Positions 27,052 to 38,842 of a stretch of DNA of 64,000 nucleotides are shown piece after piece (within the stretch, counting starts at the first letter, position 1; every line of letters starts with the position of its first letter). The notes beneath the pieces were generated by a model. That model did no database searches. It had not been told where the DNA came from and worked only from the letters and a program-made list of their open reading frames with translations. The DNA comes from an uncultured delta proteobacterium (lineage in GTDB: Bacteria; Desulfobacterota; Binatia; UBA9968): NCBI GenBank assembly GCA_963816145.1, contig CAWFJP010000005.1, positions 347,109 through 411,108 of the forward strand, written 5' to 3'. The translations under genes were made by a program, and so were the position numbers.

Positions 27052-27168
27052 GCTACCGGGACCTCCAATAACACCTTTAAGTCTCGTGCAGAGTCATGTA
27101 TTTTGCTAGTATCCTTAGCGGCCAAATGGCTCCTCCGTGTCCACCAAATCCGGGAGTAAATTTCTAAA

Positions 27169-30100
27169 ATGTGGGATTTTATTAAAAAGATTGTCGGCAC
27201 TAAAAATGACCGCGAGATCAAACGTATTCGTCCCTACGTTGATGAAATCAATAAACTCGAGCCGGAATACCAGCGGCTGAGTGACGGCGAACTCAGAGCG
27301 AAAACCGATCAGTTCAAGCGCCTGCTCGCCGAAGCTACGGCGACTTTGAAAAGCGAGTTGGAGGAAAGCCAAAATCGCGCGAGTGTCGCCGAACCCGAGG
27401 AGCGCGAGGAACTGAAAACTCAAGCCGAGGATCTCGACAAGGAACTACGCCGAAAAGAGGCGGAAATCTTAGATCAGCTCTTGCCAGAAGCTTTTGCCGC
27501 GGTGCGCGAGGCTTCGCGTCGCACCATCGGCCTGCGTCATTACGATGTCCAGTTGATCGGCGGTGCGGTGCTCCACTCGGGTAAGATTGCCGAGATGAAG
27601 ACCGGTGAGGGCAAGACTCTGGTCGCGACCTTGGCGCTCTATCTCAATGCGCTCACCGGACGCGGCGTGCACTTGATTACCGTTAATGACTATTTGGCGC
27701 GGCGCGATGTCCAGTGGATGGGGCCGATTTACCATAAACTCGGTTTGACCGCGGCGTCGATCGTTCATGAGGTCAGTTACCTTTTCGATCCAACTTACCT
27801 GACTAAAGACTATCGTTTCATCAACCTGCGGCCGATCTCGCGCCAGGAAGCTTATCAGGCCGATATTACCTACGGCACCAATAACGAATTTGGTTTCGAT
27901 TATCTGCGCGACAACATGAAGTTCTCCCTGGAAGAATATGTCCAGCGCGAGCTCAATTTCGTTGTCGTCGACGAGGTCGACAATATTTTGATCGACGAAG
28001 CGCGCACGCCGTTGATTATCTCCGGGCCGGCCGAAGAGTCGACGGATAAGTACTACCTGATCGATCGAGTGATTCCCAAGCTTCAACGGGGCGCGGTGAT
28101 CCAGGGCGATCCATCGCAGGAAGACCGCGCTGCCATCGAAGCCAAGGGCGATTACACGGTCGACGAGAAAAGCCGCTCGGTGACTTTGACCGAAACTGGT
28201 GTGGCCAAAGTTGAGCGGCTGCTTGGCGTTCACAATCTCTACGACCCGCGCCAGATCGATACGCTGCACCATGTGCAGCAAGCTCTCAAAGCGCACGCGA
28301 TTTTTAAGCGCGATGTCGATTACGTCATCAAAGACGGCGAAGTGATTATCGTCGACGAATTTACCGGCCGTTTGATGCCGGGGCGGCGTTGGTCCGACGG
28401 TTTACACCAGGCGGTGGAGGCCAAGGAGCGCGTCCACATCCGCGAGGAAAACCAGACGCTCGCGACCATCACGATTCAAAACTACTTCCGCATGTACAAG
28501 AAACTCGCGGGCATGACCGGCACGGCGGATACCGAAGCTCCCGAGTTTCAAAAAATCTATAAGCTGGACGTCACGGTGGTGCCAACCCATCGCAATATGG
28601 TGCGCCAGGATAATGCGGATGTGGTCTATCGCACCGACAAGGAGAAATTTGACGCCGTGGTTTTGGAAATTGAGGAGCGCCACAAGAAGGGACAGCCGGT
28701 TTTAGTCGGCACGACTTCGGTGGCCAAGTCGGAGAAGCTGTCGCAACTGCTCAAGAAGAAAAACATCAAGCACAATGTTTTGAACGCGGTCAATCATGAG
28801 GCTGAAGCGAGCATTATTGCTCAAGCCGGGCGCTACGGCGCGCTCACCATCGCCACTAATATGGCCGGCCGCGGTACCGACATCTTGCTCGGTGGAAATC
28901 CCGAATTTCTCGCCCGCTCGGATATGGAAAACGAATGGATCAACCGGGCATCGAAATTGCCGTTACAGGGCGCCGCCCGTTATGAGGACTCTCTGCGCGA
29001 ATTGCGCGAGAAGTACGACGAGGAAGTCCAGCGGGCGGAGAAAAAGTTTCTCAAGGACAATGGGATCTTCGATCAGCAGCGCAGCGAATCCTTGAAGCGA
29101 ACCACGGAGTTGCAGCGCGAGATCCGCGGCGCCTCGCCCTTCGCCGAGGCCAGAGAAAAGTACGAGGATGTCTCGGCAACCCAATTGATCGAGGCGCTGC
29201 ACAGCTCGCGGCCGATTCCGGAAAGTTATTTGCGGGCGAAAAACAATTTCGAGGGGACGGTGCTCGCCGCGGCCGAAAGCCAATCGGTTGCCTTGCCGGA
29301 TGAATTTATCGAAACCAAGAACGAGTTCGACGCCACGTTGGAACGCTGGCATCAAAAGCCCGAAGAACGCAATGACTTGATCGATTTGCTCGACGAGAGG
29401 CGGCGAGTCTATGAACAGCGATTGATCGATCTGGAATTCGACCGCGCGAAGGCCGCTCTCGCTCGGGGTGAAATGGCCGCGACGGTTAATGAGTATGAGC
29501 AAGCGCACAGGGCATTCGAGGAGGCCGAGGTGCGCTGCGAGGAGATTCGCCTGCCCTACGAAAAAGCCATCCAGGATGCGCAACAAAACTATGAAACCAA
29601 GCGCCAGGAATATCTGCGCATGGTCGAGGACATTCGCGAGCAGCTGGAAAAAGCGCCAGACGAATACCGTCAGCGGTTCGATGAGATGCTGGCGCGGTAC
29701 AATACGGTTTGCGCCGAGGAAAAGGGAAAAGTGATCGCTGCCGGTGGCCTGCATATCCTTGGCACCGAGCGCCATGAAAGCCGGCGCATCGATAATCAGC
29801 TGCGCGGCCGCGCCGGCCGCCAAGGCGATCCGGGCTCGTCGCGTTTTTATCTGTCCCTCGAAGACGATCTCATGCGTATCTTCGGCGCTGACCGGATTCA
29901 AGGCATTATGAGCCGGTTGGGTATGGAAGACGGCGAGCCCATCGAGCACGGCCTGGTCACCCGCGCTATTGAGAACGCCCAGAAAAAAGTCGAAGCGCAC
30001 AACTTCGATATCCGTAAGCACCTTTTGGAATATGATGACGTCTTAAACAAACAACGCGAGGTGATTTATGGTCATCGGCGCGAAGTCCTCAAGGGCGAAA

Positions 30101-30768
30101 CTTTGAAGGAACAAGTGACTGAGTGGGCGGACGAGCTCGCCGACGAGGTCATTGGCCGCTGCGTCGACAAGGATCGCCATCCTTCGGAGTGGGATTGGAA
30201 CGCGTTGCGCGAGGGAATGACCCATCAGTTCAACATACGTCCCGAATTCGCCAATGACGAAATCGAAAATGTAACCGAGGAGCAGCTCTCAGAAACGCTT
30301 CATCAGAAAATTCTCGATAAGTACGATGAGAAAGAGCAGCGGTTCGGTGAGCCAATGCTGCGCCAGTTAGAAAAAATAATCATGTTGCAGACCATCGATA
30401 CACTCTGGAAGGATCATTTGCTCAGCATGGACCATCTGAAGGAAGGCATCGGGCTACGCGGCTACGGTCAGAAAAATCCTTTGCAAGAGTATCAAAAAGA
30501 GGGCTACGACATGTTCGAGGACATGAATCACCGTGTTCAGGAAGATGTCGTGCAGAAGCTTTTCACAGTTGAGTTAGCGCGGGAAAATGCTCCACAGGAG
30601 ATCGCCGTGGAGCAGCCGCATCCACAACGCATGGTTCTAAGCCATGGCCGGGACCCGATCGCCGCCCAACCGAACGTCGCACCCCATCGTGAGGCCGCGA
30701 AAGTCGGGCGCAACGATCCTTGTCCTTGCGGCAGCGGCAAAAAATATAAGCGATGTCATGGCAGGTAG
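27169..30768 (+). CDS. secA: Preprotein translocase ATPase SecA with large insertion
   Basis: [39 protein letters not shown]-terminal [19 protein letters not shown]. Confidence 0.98.
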   Translation: MWDFIKKIVGTKNDREIKRIRPYVDEINKLEPEYQRLSDGELRAKTDQFKRLLAEATATLKSELEESQNRASVAEPEEREELKTQAEDLDKELRRKEAEILDQLLPEAFAAVREASRRTIGLRHYDVQLIGGAVLHSGKIAEMKTGEGKTLVATLALYLNALTGRGVHLITVNDYLARRDVQWMGPIYHKLGLTAASIVHEVSYLFDPTYLTKDYRFINLRPISRQEAYQADITYGTNNEFGFDYLRDNMKFSLEEYVQRELNFVVVDEVDNILIDEARTPLIISGPAEESTDKYYLIDRVIPKLQRGAVIQGDPSQEDRAAIEAKGDYTVDEKSRSVTLTETGVAKVERLLGVHNLYDPRQIDTLHHVQQALKAHAIFKRDVDYVIKDGEVIIVDEFTGRLMPGRRWSDGLHQAVEAKERVHIREENQTLATITIQNYFRMYKKLAGMTGTADTEAPEFQKIYKLDVTVVPTHRNMVRQDNADVVYRTDKEKFDAVVLEIEERHKKGQPVLVGTTSVAKSEKLSQLLKKKNIKHNVLNAVNHEAEASIIAQAGRYGALTIATNMAGRGTDILLGGNPEFLARSDMENEWINRASKLPLQGAARYEDSLRELREKYDEEVQRAEKKFLKDNGIFDQQRSESLKRTTELQREIRGASPFAEAREKYEDVSATQLIEALHSSRPIPESYLRAKNNFEGTVLAAAESQSVALPDEFIETKNEFDATLERWHQKPEERNDLIDLLDERRRVYEQRLIDLEFDRAKAALARGEMAATVNEYEQAHRAFEEAEVRCEEIRLPYEKAIQDAQQNYETKRQEYLRMVEDIREQLEKAPDEYRQRFDEMLARYNTVCAEEKGKVIAAGGLHILGTERHESRRIDNQLRGRAGRQGDPGSSRFYLSLEDDLMRIFGADRIQGIMSRLGMEDGEPIEHGLVTRAIENAQKKVEAHNFDIRKHLLEYDDVLNKQREVIYGHRREVLKGETLKEQVTEWADELADEVIGRCVDKDRHPSEWDWNALREGMTHQFNIRPEFANDEIENVTEEQLSETLHQKILDKYDEKEQRFGEPMLRQLEKIIMLQTIDTLWKDHLLSMDHLKEGIGLRGYGQKNPLQEYQKEGYDMFEDMNHRVQEDVVQKLFTVELARENAPQEIAVEQPHPQRMVLSHGRDPIAAQPNVAPHREAAKVGRNDPCPCGSGKKYKRCHGR

Positions 30769-30914
30769 TATCTGCTGGGTGTGATGCTGATCACTTCCCA
30801 ATCCCTCTGGCGGTGCCGCTTAGGGTGTGACGAAAGGTTTTTAGATTGCGAGACCTTAGGCGCGATTTGAGGACAGGCGCCGCGTAGCGGGGTCGGTAAT
30901 AGCGGGAAACGAAC

Positions 30915-30948
30915 AAGGCCGGTTGTCTCAATCCAGACAACCGGCCTT
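30915..30948. terminator. Bidirectional terminator between secA and the convergent operon
   Basis: AAGGCCGGTTGTCT-CAATCC-AGACAACCGGCCTT, perfect 14-bp stem. Confidence 0.8.
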
Positions 30949-31008
30949 TGCTATGATTGAGGCATTGATGTGGGTTGGTTTTGCAATTTCGCCTCGATTG
31001 ACTCCGTT

Positions 31009-32391
31009 CTAGTGCGCGGTCGCGTTTTTCTTGGGCAGATCATGACTGTCGTCGTGCGTTGAAAACGACGGTACGTTGTTGCCCGCCCCCAGTTTGATGA
31101 TTCGGTCCTTGTATTCGTGGAGATCCTTGGTCGAGTTGCGGGTGTCGATCACCAGCTTGGCCGCTGCGGCAATTTGGCGCATGTCATAGGCGCTGTGATC
31201 GGTGAGGATAATCACGCAATCGTGTTTGGCGATCTCGGTAGGCGTTGCTTCAATCGATTTTAGGACGCTACCGCCAAGCCTTAGCGACGGCACGAACGGG
31301 TCGTTATAGCTCAGATTCGCGCCCTTGTCGGAAAGTAAACGCATGACATCCAGCGCCGGCGACTCTCGGCAATCGCTGACATTTTTCTTGTAGGCGACAC
31401 CCATGACCAAAACGTTGGAACCTCGAACGCTTTTCGAGAAGCGATTGAGACCATCGCTGACCATGTCGGCGACGATATTGGGCATCATGCCGTTGATCTC
31501 CGCTGCCAGGCCAATGAACCGAGCCTGAAAATTGAGGGCTTTTAGTTTCCACGCCAGGTAATGCGGATCGATGGGGATGCAGTGGCCGCCCAGACCGGGA
31601 CCTGGATAGAACGGGCTAAAGCCAAATGGTTTGGTGGCCGCGGCATCGATCACTTCATAGACATCGACGCCGAGCAGATCGCACATCATGGCAAGCTCGT
31701 TGACCATGCCGATGTTGACGCTGCGAAAGGTGTTTTCCAAGAGTTTGACCATTTCAGCACATTTCGTGCTGCTTACGGGTATGACTCGTTCGATAAAAGC
31801 TGAGTAAAACAAGCGGGCGATTTCCGTACATTCCGAAGTGATACCGCCGACGATTTTGGGCGTGTTGTGGGTGTTGAAAGAGACATTGCCTGGATCGATC
31901 CGTTCCGGCGAAAAGGCGACGTAGAAATCGCTGCCAACTTTGAGACCGGAGTTTTCGAGCTCGGGTACGATCAGCTCGTCCGTGGTCCCCGGATAGGTGG
32001 TGCTTTCCAGCACGATCAATTGCCCCGGATGGAGGTATTTGCGGATCTCTTCGGTCGCCGAAAGGATAAATGAGATATCCGGATCGCGGCTTTTGCTGAG
32101 CGGCGTCGGCACGCAAATGCTCACCGTATCGGCGTCTTTTAACGCGCTAAAATCATAGGTCGCGGTGAACTTGCCGGCGTTAACAGCGTCGGCGATGGTC
32201 TGGTCGGGTACATCCTGAATATATGACTTTCCTTGTTTCAGAGTGGCGATCTTGCCATGGTCCAGGTCGATACCGACGACTTTGAAACCGGCAGCGGCGA
32301 TTTCCATAGCCAATGGCAGGCCGACATAGCCCAGGCCGATGACAGCAGCAATGGCTTGGCGATTCTCGATTTTACTTCTTGTTGCGTTCAA
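31009..32391 (-). CDS. Nucleotide-sugar dehydrogenase (UDP-GlcNAc 6-dehydrogenase-like)
   Basis: GLGYVG, CVPTP, ESTTYPG, FSPERIDPG, GGHCIP, DCRESP. Confidence 0.93.
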   Translation of the reverse strand: MNATRSKIENRQAIAAVIGLGYVGLPLAMEIAAAGFKVVGIDLDHGKIATLKQGKSYIQDVPDQTIADAVNAGKFTATYDFSALKDADTVSICVPTPLSKSRDPDISFILSATEEIRKYLHPGQLIVLESTTYPGTTDELIVPELENSGLKVGSDFYVAFSPERIDPGNVSFNTHNTPKIVGGITSECTEIARLFYSAFIERVIPVSSTKCAEMVKLLENTFRSVNIGMVNELAMMCDLLGVDVYEVIDAAATKPFGFSPFYPGPGLGGHCIPIDPHYLAWKLKALNFQARFIGLAAEINGMMPNIVADMVSDGLNRFSKSVRGSNVLVMGVAYKKNVSDCRESPALDVMRLLSDKGANLSYNDPFVPSLRLGGSVLKSIEATPTEIAKHDCVIILTDHSAYDMRQIAAAAKLVIDTRNSTKDLHEYKDRIIKLGAGNNVPSFSTHDDSHDLPKKNATAH

Positions 32392-32397
32392 ACGAAG

Positions 32398-33795
32398 TTA
32401 CCTCCCTAGATTGAGTTCAGCTTTTTCGCCCGTTTTTGAGGTCTTAAATTCCTTTACGTGGATTTCGTATTTATCGATAAGTTCATACAGATTGACCCGG
32501 CTGATTCCCAATTCGCGGGCCGCTCGGCTGATGATGCCGCGGTTGCGCGCTAGGGCTTTCTTGACGAAGTCGATTTCGATGGCCTGCTTGGCAAATTTCA
32601 AATTCACTTCGGTCGCATTGTCATCGAAAGCGAATCCAAAGTCTCTAGATTTGAGTACACTGCGAGGGCTCAACACCACCGCGCGGCTGATTAGATTCTC
32701 CAACTCGCGTACATTGCCTGGCCAAGGATGCATGAGCAGAGCCGCTTCGGCTTCGGGTGAAAGGCTCATGGCCGGTTTGCGATGTTCTTGACAAAACCGG
32801 CGCAGGAAATGTTGTGCTAACGGGACGATGTCGTCTTTGCGATCGCGCAGCGCCGGCATGTCGAGTGGGACGACTTTAAGCCGATAGTAGAGATCCTCGC
32901 GGAATACATGATTTTTCATGTCCTTTTGCAGGTCTCGATTAGTGGCGGCGATGATTCTAAGATCGACTTCAATCGGTTGCGTGCCACCCACTCGTTCGAT
33001 GCGGCGATCTTGCAGGAAGCGTAAGAGCTTTACCTGTAAACGCGGCGCTAGTTCACCGATCTCATCGAGGAATAGCGTGCCGGTGTGGGCCAACTCGAAT
33101 TTGCCTTTTTTTTGGGCATGGGCTCCGGTGAAAGCGCCTTTCTCGTGACCGAAGAGTTCGCTTTCGAGAAGGTTCTCGGGAATGGCGCCGCAATTTACGA
33201 CTACAAACGGTTTGTTTTTACGCGGGCTATGGCGATGAATGGCGTTGGCAACGACCTCTTTACCGGTACCGCTCTCACCGCAAATTAGCACCGATATGTC
33301 CGACCCGGCGACTCTTTCGATGAAGCGAAAGATGTTCTTCATGGATTTTGACCGACCAATAATACCATCAAACCCGTCTGCCGAGCCGGGGAGCTTCTCC
33401 TGGATTTTCTGTTGCAGTTGGTAAATGTGAAATGCCCGTTGGAGAATCACTTTTATCTCGTCAAGGCGCAGCGGCTTCGCGTAATAATCACATGCTCCTA
33501 AGCGCACGGCACGAATCGCGTTGAGGTCTTCGCTGTTCCCGGTAATCACTATCGCGCGGGTCGCCGGCTCGGTGGACAGGAATTGTTCCAGTAGCCGGAG
33601 GCCGCCGAGATCGTCCGGGTTCAGCCGGTTCAAGGAGAGATCGAGGGTGACCACTGGCGGGTGCTCGCGTTCGAAGAGTTGGATCGCGTCGTCTTCATTC
33701 GATGCGGTGAGGATCTCGTATTCGGACTCCATCGACCAGCGCATCTGTTTGAGGATATTCTCCTCGTCATCGACCATTAAAATTTTTGGTTTCAC
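32398..33795 (-). CDS. Sigma-54-dependent response regulator, PrsR-like
   Basis: Receiver (VVTLDL), GESGTGKE, GAFTGA, WPGNVRELEN, HTH; downstream of a PrsK-like kinase. Confidence 0.88.
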   Translation of the reverse strand: MKPKILMVDDEENILKQMRWSMESEYEILTASNEDDAIQLFEREHPPVVTLDLSLNRLNPDDLGGLRLLEQFLSTEPATRAIVITGNSEDLNAIRAVRLGACDYYAKPLRLDEIKVILQRAFHIYQLQQKIQEKLPGSADGFDGIIGRSKSMKNIFRFIERVAGSDISVLICGESGTGKEVVANAIHRHSPRKNKPFVVVNCGAIPENLLESELFGHEKGAFTGAHAQKKGKFELAHTGTLFLDEIGELAPRLQVKLLRFLQDRRIERVGGTQPIEVDLRIIAATNRDLQKDMKNHVFREDLYYRLKVVPLDMPALRDRKDDIVPLAQHFLRRFCQEHRKPAMSLSPEAEAALLMHPWPGNVRELENLISRAVVLSPRSVLKSRDFGFAFDDNATEVNLKFAKQAIEIDFVKKALARNRGIISRAARELGISRVNLYELIDKYEIHVKEFKTSKTGEKAELNLGR

Positions 33796-33820
33796 TGATT
33801 CACGCCCAATTCTAAGATGC

Positions 33821-35023
33821 TTAGATTCGTGGGAACTCTAACTCGACCGTGGTTCCTCTGTTGACTTGGCTGTCGATACGGATATGGCCGCCGTGGACTT
33901 CAACGATCGAACGAGTATGACACATCCCGATGCCCATGCCGCGCTCTTTGGTGGTTTGAAACGGACGAAAGACATTTTGCAATTGCTCGGGCGGTATACC
34001 ACAGCCTGTGTCGCGAATCGCCGCGAAGATTTTACCAGGATCGGTCGCGCCAACGCTAATGTCGACAGCCCCCTGGCCTTTGGGGAGGCTTTGGATGGCA
34101 TTCAACAGGATGTTGGTAAAAACTTTTTGCAGTAACTCAGGGTCCCCTAAAATAATTGGTGGGGCATCCTGTGGGGGAAATTTCGTGGTGATCATTACAC
34201 CGGTGCGCTGTGCGAGTTTGAGATCCTCAAAAGTGTTATGGATAACTTCTAGGATGTTGACCGGTTGCTGGTTGAGGGTGAATTGTCCGCGCTGTATAGA
34301 AAGACTGGCAATTAGGCTAATCATTTTGTCGGTGGTTTGCGTGAATGTAGCAAAAGCATCAGCAACGAAATCGGGGTTTTGATTTAGATGTTTGGCATTT
34401 TCCAATGTCATACTCTGGAGAGTCGCCAAGTTCTTTAGATCGTGAATGATGAAAGCGGTAAGCCGATGGAACGAATCCCATTCCCGCCTCAAGGACAATT
34501 CTTCGGTAACTTTGTGCCTAATGATCAAGTTCGCCATTTGATTCCTGATTTTTAACAAGAATCGATCATTCTTGGCGGACACGCTGTTGCGGCTTTGATT
34601 TTTACTTACACCCAATATTGCTAGAAACTCGTTATTGTTTTCAACGAAGACATAACGGGTAATGCCAAGTTCCCTTAAATTATCTTCGTTTTCGATCGGA
34701 CGGGAGCATTCCGGATCGGGGGTACCGGAAATTTCAAAAATTTTGTCTACCTCGGCAGGTTCCAAATCTCTTGCCCTGCGGATTGTGCTATGGCGACGGC
34801 GCTCATCGATATTTGTCGGCGAGTGATAATAGTACAGCCTATACGTCATATCAGAGTAATTGGCGGGCAGCCATAATGCGACATGGCGCACGAGCATGAC
34901 GCTTGCGATGCGTTTTGCGATTATCGGAAACACCTCGGCTAGATTTAGTGTGCTGCTGGTGTTATCGGGAACCGGCGCCCGGAGATTACCAAAGTCGTAT
35001 GATTTTTCAACAAAAGTATTCAT
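33821..35023 (-). CDS. Histidine kinase, PrsK-like, lacking the membrane region
   Basis: AFIIHDLKNL H-box, NPDFVAD, DTGCGI, FRPFQTTK, GMGIG. Confidence 0.8.
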   Translation of the reverse strand: MNTFVEKSYDFGNLRAPVPDNTSSTLNLAEVFPIIAKRIASVMLVRHVALWLPANYSDMTYRLYYYHSPTNIDERRRHSTIRRARDLEPAEVDKIFEISGTPDPECSRPIENEDNLRELGITRYVFVENNNEFLAILGVSKNQSRNSVSAKNDRFLLKIRNQMANLIIRHKVTEELSLRREWDSFHRLTAFIIHDLKNLATLQSMTLENAKHLNQNPDFVADAFATFTQTTDKMISLIASLSIQRGQFTLNQQPVNILEVIHNTFEDLKLAQRTGVMITTKFPPQDAPPIILGDPELLQKVFTNILLNAIQSLPKGQGAVDISVGATDPGKIFAAIRDTGCGIPPEQLQNVFRPFQTTKERGMGIGMCHTRSIVEVHGGHIRIDSQVNRGTTVELEFPRI

Positions 35024-35552
35024 GGTAAAATTAGCATTTGACTGGCAAACTTCTTGTTGAGCGAATGCGTACGAAACGACATAACCGACAGTCCTACGGT
35101 AAACAGACGAGCTCCGGGAGCCATCCGTCCCGGGGAATTGACTTGGAAAAAGCCAAGGAAGGGCATGGTTCTAAGCAGAACCTTGCACCATTCCCACGCG
35201 ATAAAATGGTGACGGCAGACTTTGGCCGTCTGACCTAGGAGAAATAACAACATCGTTACTTTAACATCAACATGAAAGTAAAAAAGGAGTTAGCTACGTT
35301 GAATGTTCGATAAAACAAGATTTTCTTAAGCAAGTGTTGTGCCGCTACCCGCTGGTGGTAGGGTTGTTCTTAATTTGATTCCCTGTTGAACCCGCGTTTT
35401 CAGACGAGGAACCTTTGAGTTGACTGCCGATGTGGACCGAGGGAGTACAGAGCGAAGCAAGAATAGAGAGTTAATATTGAGATAGGACTTAGGAACAGCT
35501 TGGCCTGCTGCAGAGACATGCCGTCCCCTTGCGATGAGACTCTGTCGCAACG

Positions 35553-35632
35553 GTCATTCCGAGGTGAAGCCGAGGAATCTCTTCTTCGTATGTGGCTGAA
35601 TATACGAGATCCCTCGCTCCGCTCGGGATGAC
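35553..35632. repeat. REP-like palindrome
   Basis: GTCATTCCGAGGTGAAGCCGAGGAATCTC...GAGATCCCTCGCTCCGCTCGGGATGAC; similar right half at 4438-4463. Confidence 0.75.
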
Positions 35633-36304
35633 AGATGTGGGGCATCTGCACATTACGACACAGCCTCGCCGGGGAGAGGGTTAATCTGGGAATTTGACTT
35701 CTCCATGGTCCGGGCGGTGTTCCAACTATGTGGCTTAAGGATGGCAAGCAGTCTAAATTCCGGTTTCGGGTATTTGCCTGCGTTTATACCTGCTCGTTAC
35801 GAATAGGCTGGAGATGCGCCAAGCGTACTTTTGATAACTTTACTTTAATTTGCGCAGGTTAATCCCTTCGCGCCATCCGTGGTACTTAACCGACCTTTAC
35901 CCAGTTATTTATTTTCTTCGGTGTTCTACTCTAGTTTGGCTCGACACCGTGGTTTTCTCCCTGCCGGGGGATGGAAATTCAATCAAATTGAGTCGGATGA
36001 GGAACTTGGAGTTAACTAAATGTGCCAAAGAAGGGATCGGGCAAGAAGTAATAATGACAAAAAGTGACTGAAAGTGACGTTCTCGATTCACTAAAGCGAC
36101 GAAGGTCGAGATAAATCTTGCTCAATAGCGTATGCTACGATTAAAATACTAATTTAGAACGTTTCCGAAGAAGGATGCGAAGTTTGGCTCAATAGGTCAT
36201 CTCCGGGGGCGCATGCGTTGCCACAGCGGAAGTTGGTAATTTGCTCTGTTTTTGAAGATAGAAATTGCGCTTTTAGGCAAAAATGTTTGATAGATTAGTC
36301 TAAA

Positions 36305-37435
36305 ATGACCAAACCTCTACTGAAAAAAAGCGCCGATTCGAGACTGACTAGCCGTTTGGGCAAAGATTCGTATGAAGAACCGTCTTTGCTCGATGGATTC
36401 CCTTGCATCTTCTACGAAGCTGATAATTCGCTTAGAATCCTTCGTGCATCACCGAACGTCCACGAGCTCATCGGAATCGAACGTGAAAGAATAATCGGGG
36501 TCAGTTGGTTATTTGATGAGGGAGTCGTGCCAGCGGATCGCGGTCTATTGAAACAGAAATTCTTAGAATCGGGCCAGAGCGGAATAGCCTCCTTGATTCA
36601 CCGACTGATCGACGATCGTGGCCGCATCGTCCGGGTGGCTCATAGTTTACAGAGGATAAACCGTCACAGACAAGACTTAATCAGAGGCAATATTCTACCC
36701 CTGATAGTTTCTGATGGGAACGGCGTGGTTATCGATGTTGGATTCGTGTCAAAGTTCCTTCATAAGATAGGTAATCATTTTCAATTGCTCAATCTAATGC
36801 TGCATTCTATTCGCCGCAGTGATTCTATATTGAAGGAATTGGAGCTGGTTCAGGAAACAACCGAAGAAGCCATCGATCTAACTCACATATTTTCCGAATA
36901 TCTTCAGCAGCCAATGTTGTCAACCTACGTCGATCTGTTCGAACTTCTGGACTCGCTTCTTGAATCCAGAATCGTAAATAGTCGTGAAAAGAATCTTGAG
37001 TTAATCGTTAGCAATGACGGCCCTTTGCGCCAAGCAACTATCCAGGGCGACCCCGGTTTTCTTGAGATGGCAATCGGCGCAGTCTTGGACAATGCCATCG
37101 ATGCTTCTCCAATTGGTGGAAAGGTTTTGGTTAAGATTTCGGTTCCTCCTGAAATTTCCGGGGTGGAGATCCCTCGAACCTTCAATGTTGCGGTTTCGGA
37201 TAACGGTTCGGGCGTCGCTGCCGATCACATTGACCATAGCGTAGAACCGTTTCATGCGAAGAAGCCGGACGGCAAAGGTATGGGGCTCGATTTGGCGAGT
37301 TGGTATATTGAAATGCATGGCGGCTTAGTAAGAGTTCACAAGAGAGAAGGCAATGGAACCGTTGTCGACATCGCTCTGCCCGCTGCAATCGCGCCTCACC
37401 CTGGGGTCGATGAGAGAATGGGCCCAAGTTCATAA
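36305..37435 (+). CDS. Cytoplasmic PAS-like sensor histidine kinase
   Basis: Atypical H-box HKIGNHF, LDNAIDA, DNGSG, GKGMGL. Confidence 0.75.
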   Translation: MTKPLLKKSADSRLTSRLGKDSYEEPSLLDGFPCIFYEADNSLRILRASPNVHELIGIERERIIGVSWLFDEGVVPADRGLLKQKFLESGQSGIASLIHRLIDDRGRIVRVAHSLQRINRHRQDLIRGNILPLIVSDGNGVVIDVGFVSKFLHKIGNHFQLLNLMLHSIRRSDSILKELELVQETTEEAIDLTHIFSEYLQQPMLSTYVDLFELLDSLLESRIVNSREKNLELIVSNDGPLRQATIQGDPGFLEMAIGAVLDNAIDASPIGGKVLVKISVPPEISGVEIPRTFNVAVSDNGSGVAADHIDHSVEPFHAKKPDGKGMGLDLASWYIEMHGGLVRVHKREGNGTVVDIALPAAIAPHPGVDERMGPSS

Positions 37436-37453
37436 TTGGAATGTAAAGGGATT

Positions 37454-38842
37454 ATGTACAACGTATTGATTGTCGAAGACCACGATCGGCTAAGAGATCA
37501 GTTGGGTAAGTTCTATGAGCAGGAAGGTTTCCGGGTTGTGACTGCTGCTTGCGGAGAAGAGGGGATCGAAAAACTGACGCAAGAAAAATTTTCGATCGTC
37601 GTCTCTGATGTAAAAATGCCCGGGATCGACGGGTTTCATTTAGCCCGGCATATCCGGGAAAAGTATTCTGACACGGATGTGATCTTGATCACGGCATTTG
37701 GCAACGTGAAGCAAGCCGTTGACGCCATGAAGCTCGGTGCCAGTGACTATATCACCAAACCCTTTCAAGCCGAGGCGATCCGTCTGGTAAGTGAAAAACT
37801 GATTGAAAAAAAACGACTGCAAGAAGAGGTCCGTGAATTACGCATTCGGGTGCAAGACGCTCAGAGTCTAGAGAACATAGTCAGTAAAAGTCCTAAGATG
37901 GCTAAAGTTTTCGAGCTTATTCGTTCCTTGGCGGCGACCGACTCCGGGGTGATGATCACGGGTGAAACGGGGACTGGTAAGGAGCTGGTGGCACGAGCGA
38001 TACACAATTTGGGACGCCGAAAAGCAAAACAGTTTGTTGCGATCAACTGTGGCGCTTTTCCGGAGACGCTCCTGGAGAGTGAGCTTTTTGGCTATGAGAA
38101 AGGCGCCTTTACCGGCGCTGTTCAAAGTCGAGCCGGAAAGGTCGAGCTTGCCGATGGCGGTACTCTATTTCTAGACGAAATTGAAACGATGGCGCTACCG
38201 ATGCAGGTGAAGTTGTTGCGTGTGTTACAGGAACGCGAGGTCGAACGATTGGGCGGAAATCGTAAGGTTAAAGTCGACATGCGTGTCATTGCCGCAACCA
38301 ATGTCGATCTGTCGCTTAGTTTAGCGCGTGGCGCGCTCCGTGAGGATTTCTACTATCGCATAAACGTGATTCCGGTTGAACTGCCACCTCTACGGGAACG
38401 GTTAGAGGATTTGCCACTGCTGATTAATCATATTCTCGAGAAGCACCCCGTGGCTCGGGAGCGGTCAATTCGGCAGGTTTCACCCGAGGTTTTGGATCAA
38501 ATGCTAGCCTACCGCTGGCCAGGAAATATTCGAGAACTCGAAAACATTCTTGAGCGCGCAATCGTCAAATGCCAGGGTCAAATTATCTTAGATGTGGACT
38601 TGCCAACGGTGTCCCATCGAGTAGCGGCGCCATCCACTTTCATAAGCTCGAAAGATGGTGCCTTAACGCTGAAGCAGTGGCTACTAAAAAGTGAAAAGGA
38701 GTATCTTCGCGGTTTGTTGATGAAACATGAAGGGAGCATTTCGGCTACCGCCGTCGAAGCTAAAGTGGATAACAAAACTTTGTACAGAAAGATGAAGCGA
38801 CACGGGCTTCAGAAAGAGTCTTTCAAAGAGTTACAGCAATGA
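37454..38842 (+). CDS. Sigma-54-dependent response regulator (NtrC/AtoC family)
   Basis: SDVKMP receiver, GETGTGKE, GAFTGA, WPGNIRELEN, TLYRKM. Confidence 0.92.
   Translation: MYNVLIVEDHDRLRDQLGKFYEQEGFRVVTAACGEEGIEKLTQEKFSIVVSDVKMPGIDGFHLARHIREKYSDTDVILITAFGNVKQAVDAMKLGASDYITKPFQAEAIRLVSEKLIEKKRLQEEVRELRIRVQDAQSLENIVSKSPKMAKVFELIRSLAATDSGVMITGETGTGKELVARAIHNLGRRKAKQFVAINCGAFPETLLESELFGYEKGAFTGAVQSRAGKVELADGGTLFLDEIETMALPMQVKLLRVLQEREVERLGGNRKVKVDMRVIAATNVDLSLSLARGALREDFYYRINVIPVELPPLRERLEDLPLLINHILEKHPVARERSIRQVSPEVLDQMLAYRWPGNIRELENILERAIVKCQGQIILDVDLPTVSHRVAAPSTFISSKDGALTLKQWLLKSEKEYLRGLLMKHEGSISATAVEAKVDNKTLYRKMKRHGLQKESFKELQQ

Noticed and set aside
28897-29742. Intein in SecA
   Set aside because: No Cys/Ser start with His-Asn end and no endonuclease motifs; composition is helical
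28963-30021. Long antisense ORFs (also 40-885, 5748-6590, 16893-17759, 27469-28296)
   Set aside because: Shadow frames of well-supported genes in GC-rich DNA, with no motifs
35024-36304. Short ORFs or an ncRNA in the long AT-rich spacer
   Set aside because: No recognisable protein or RNA motifs; only a REP-like palindrome is supportable
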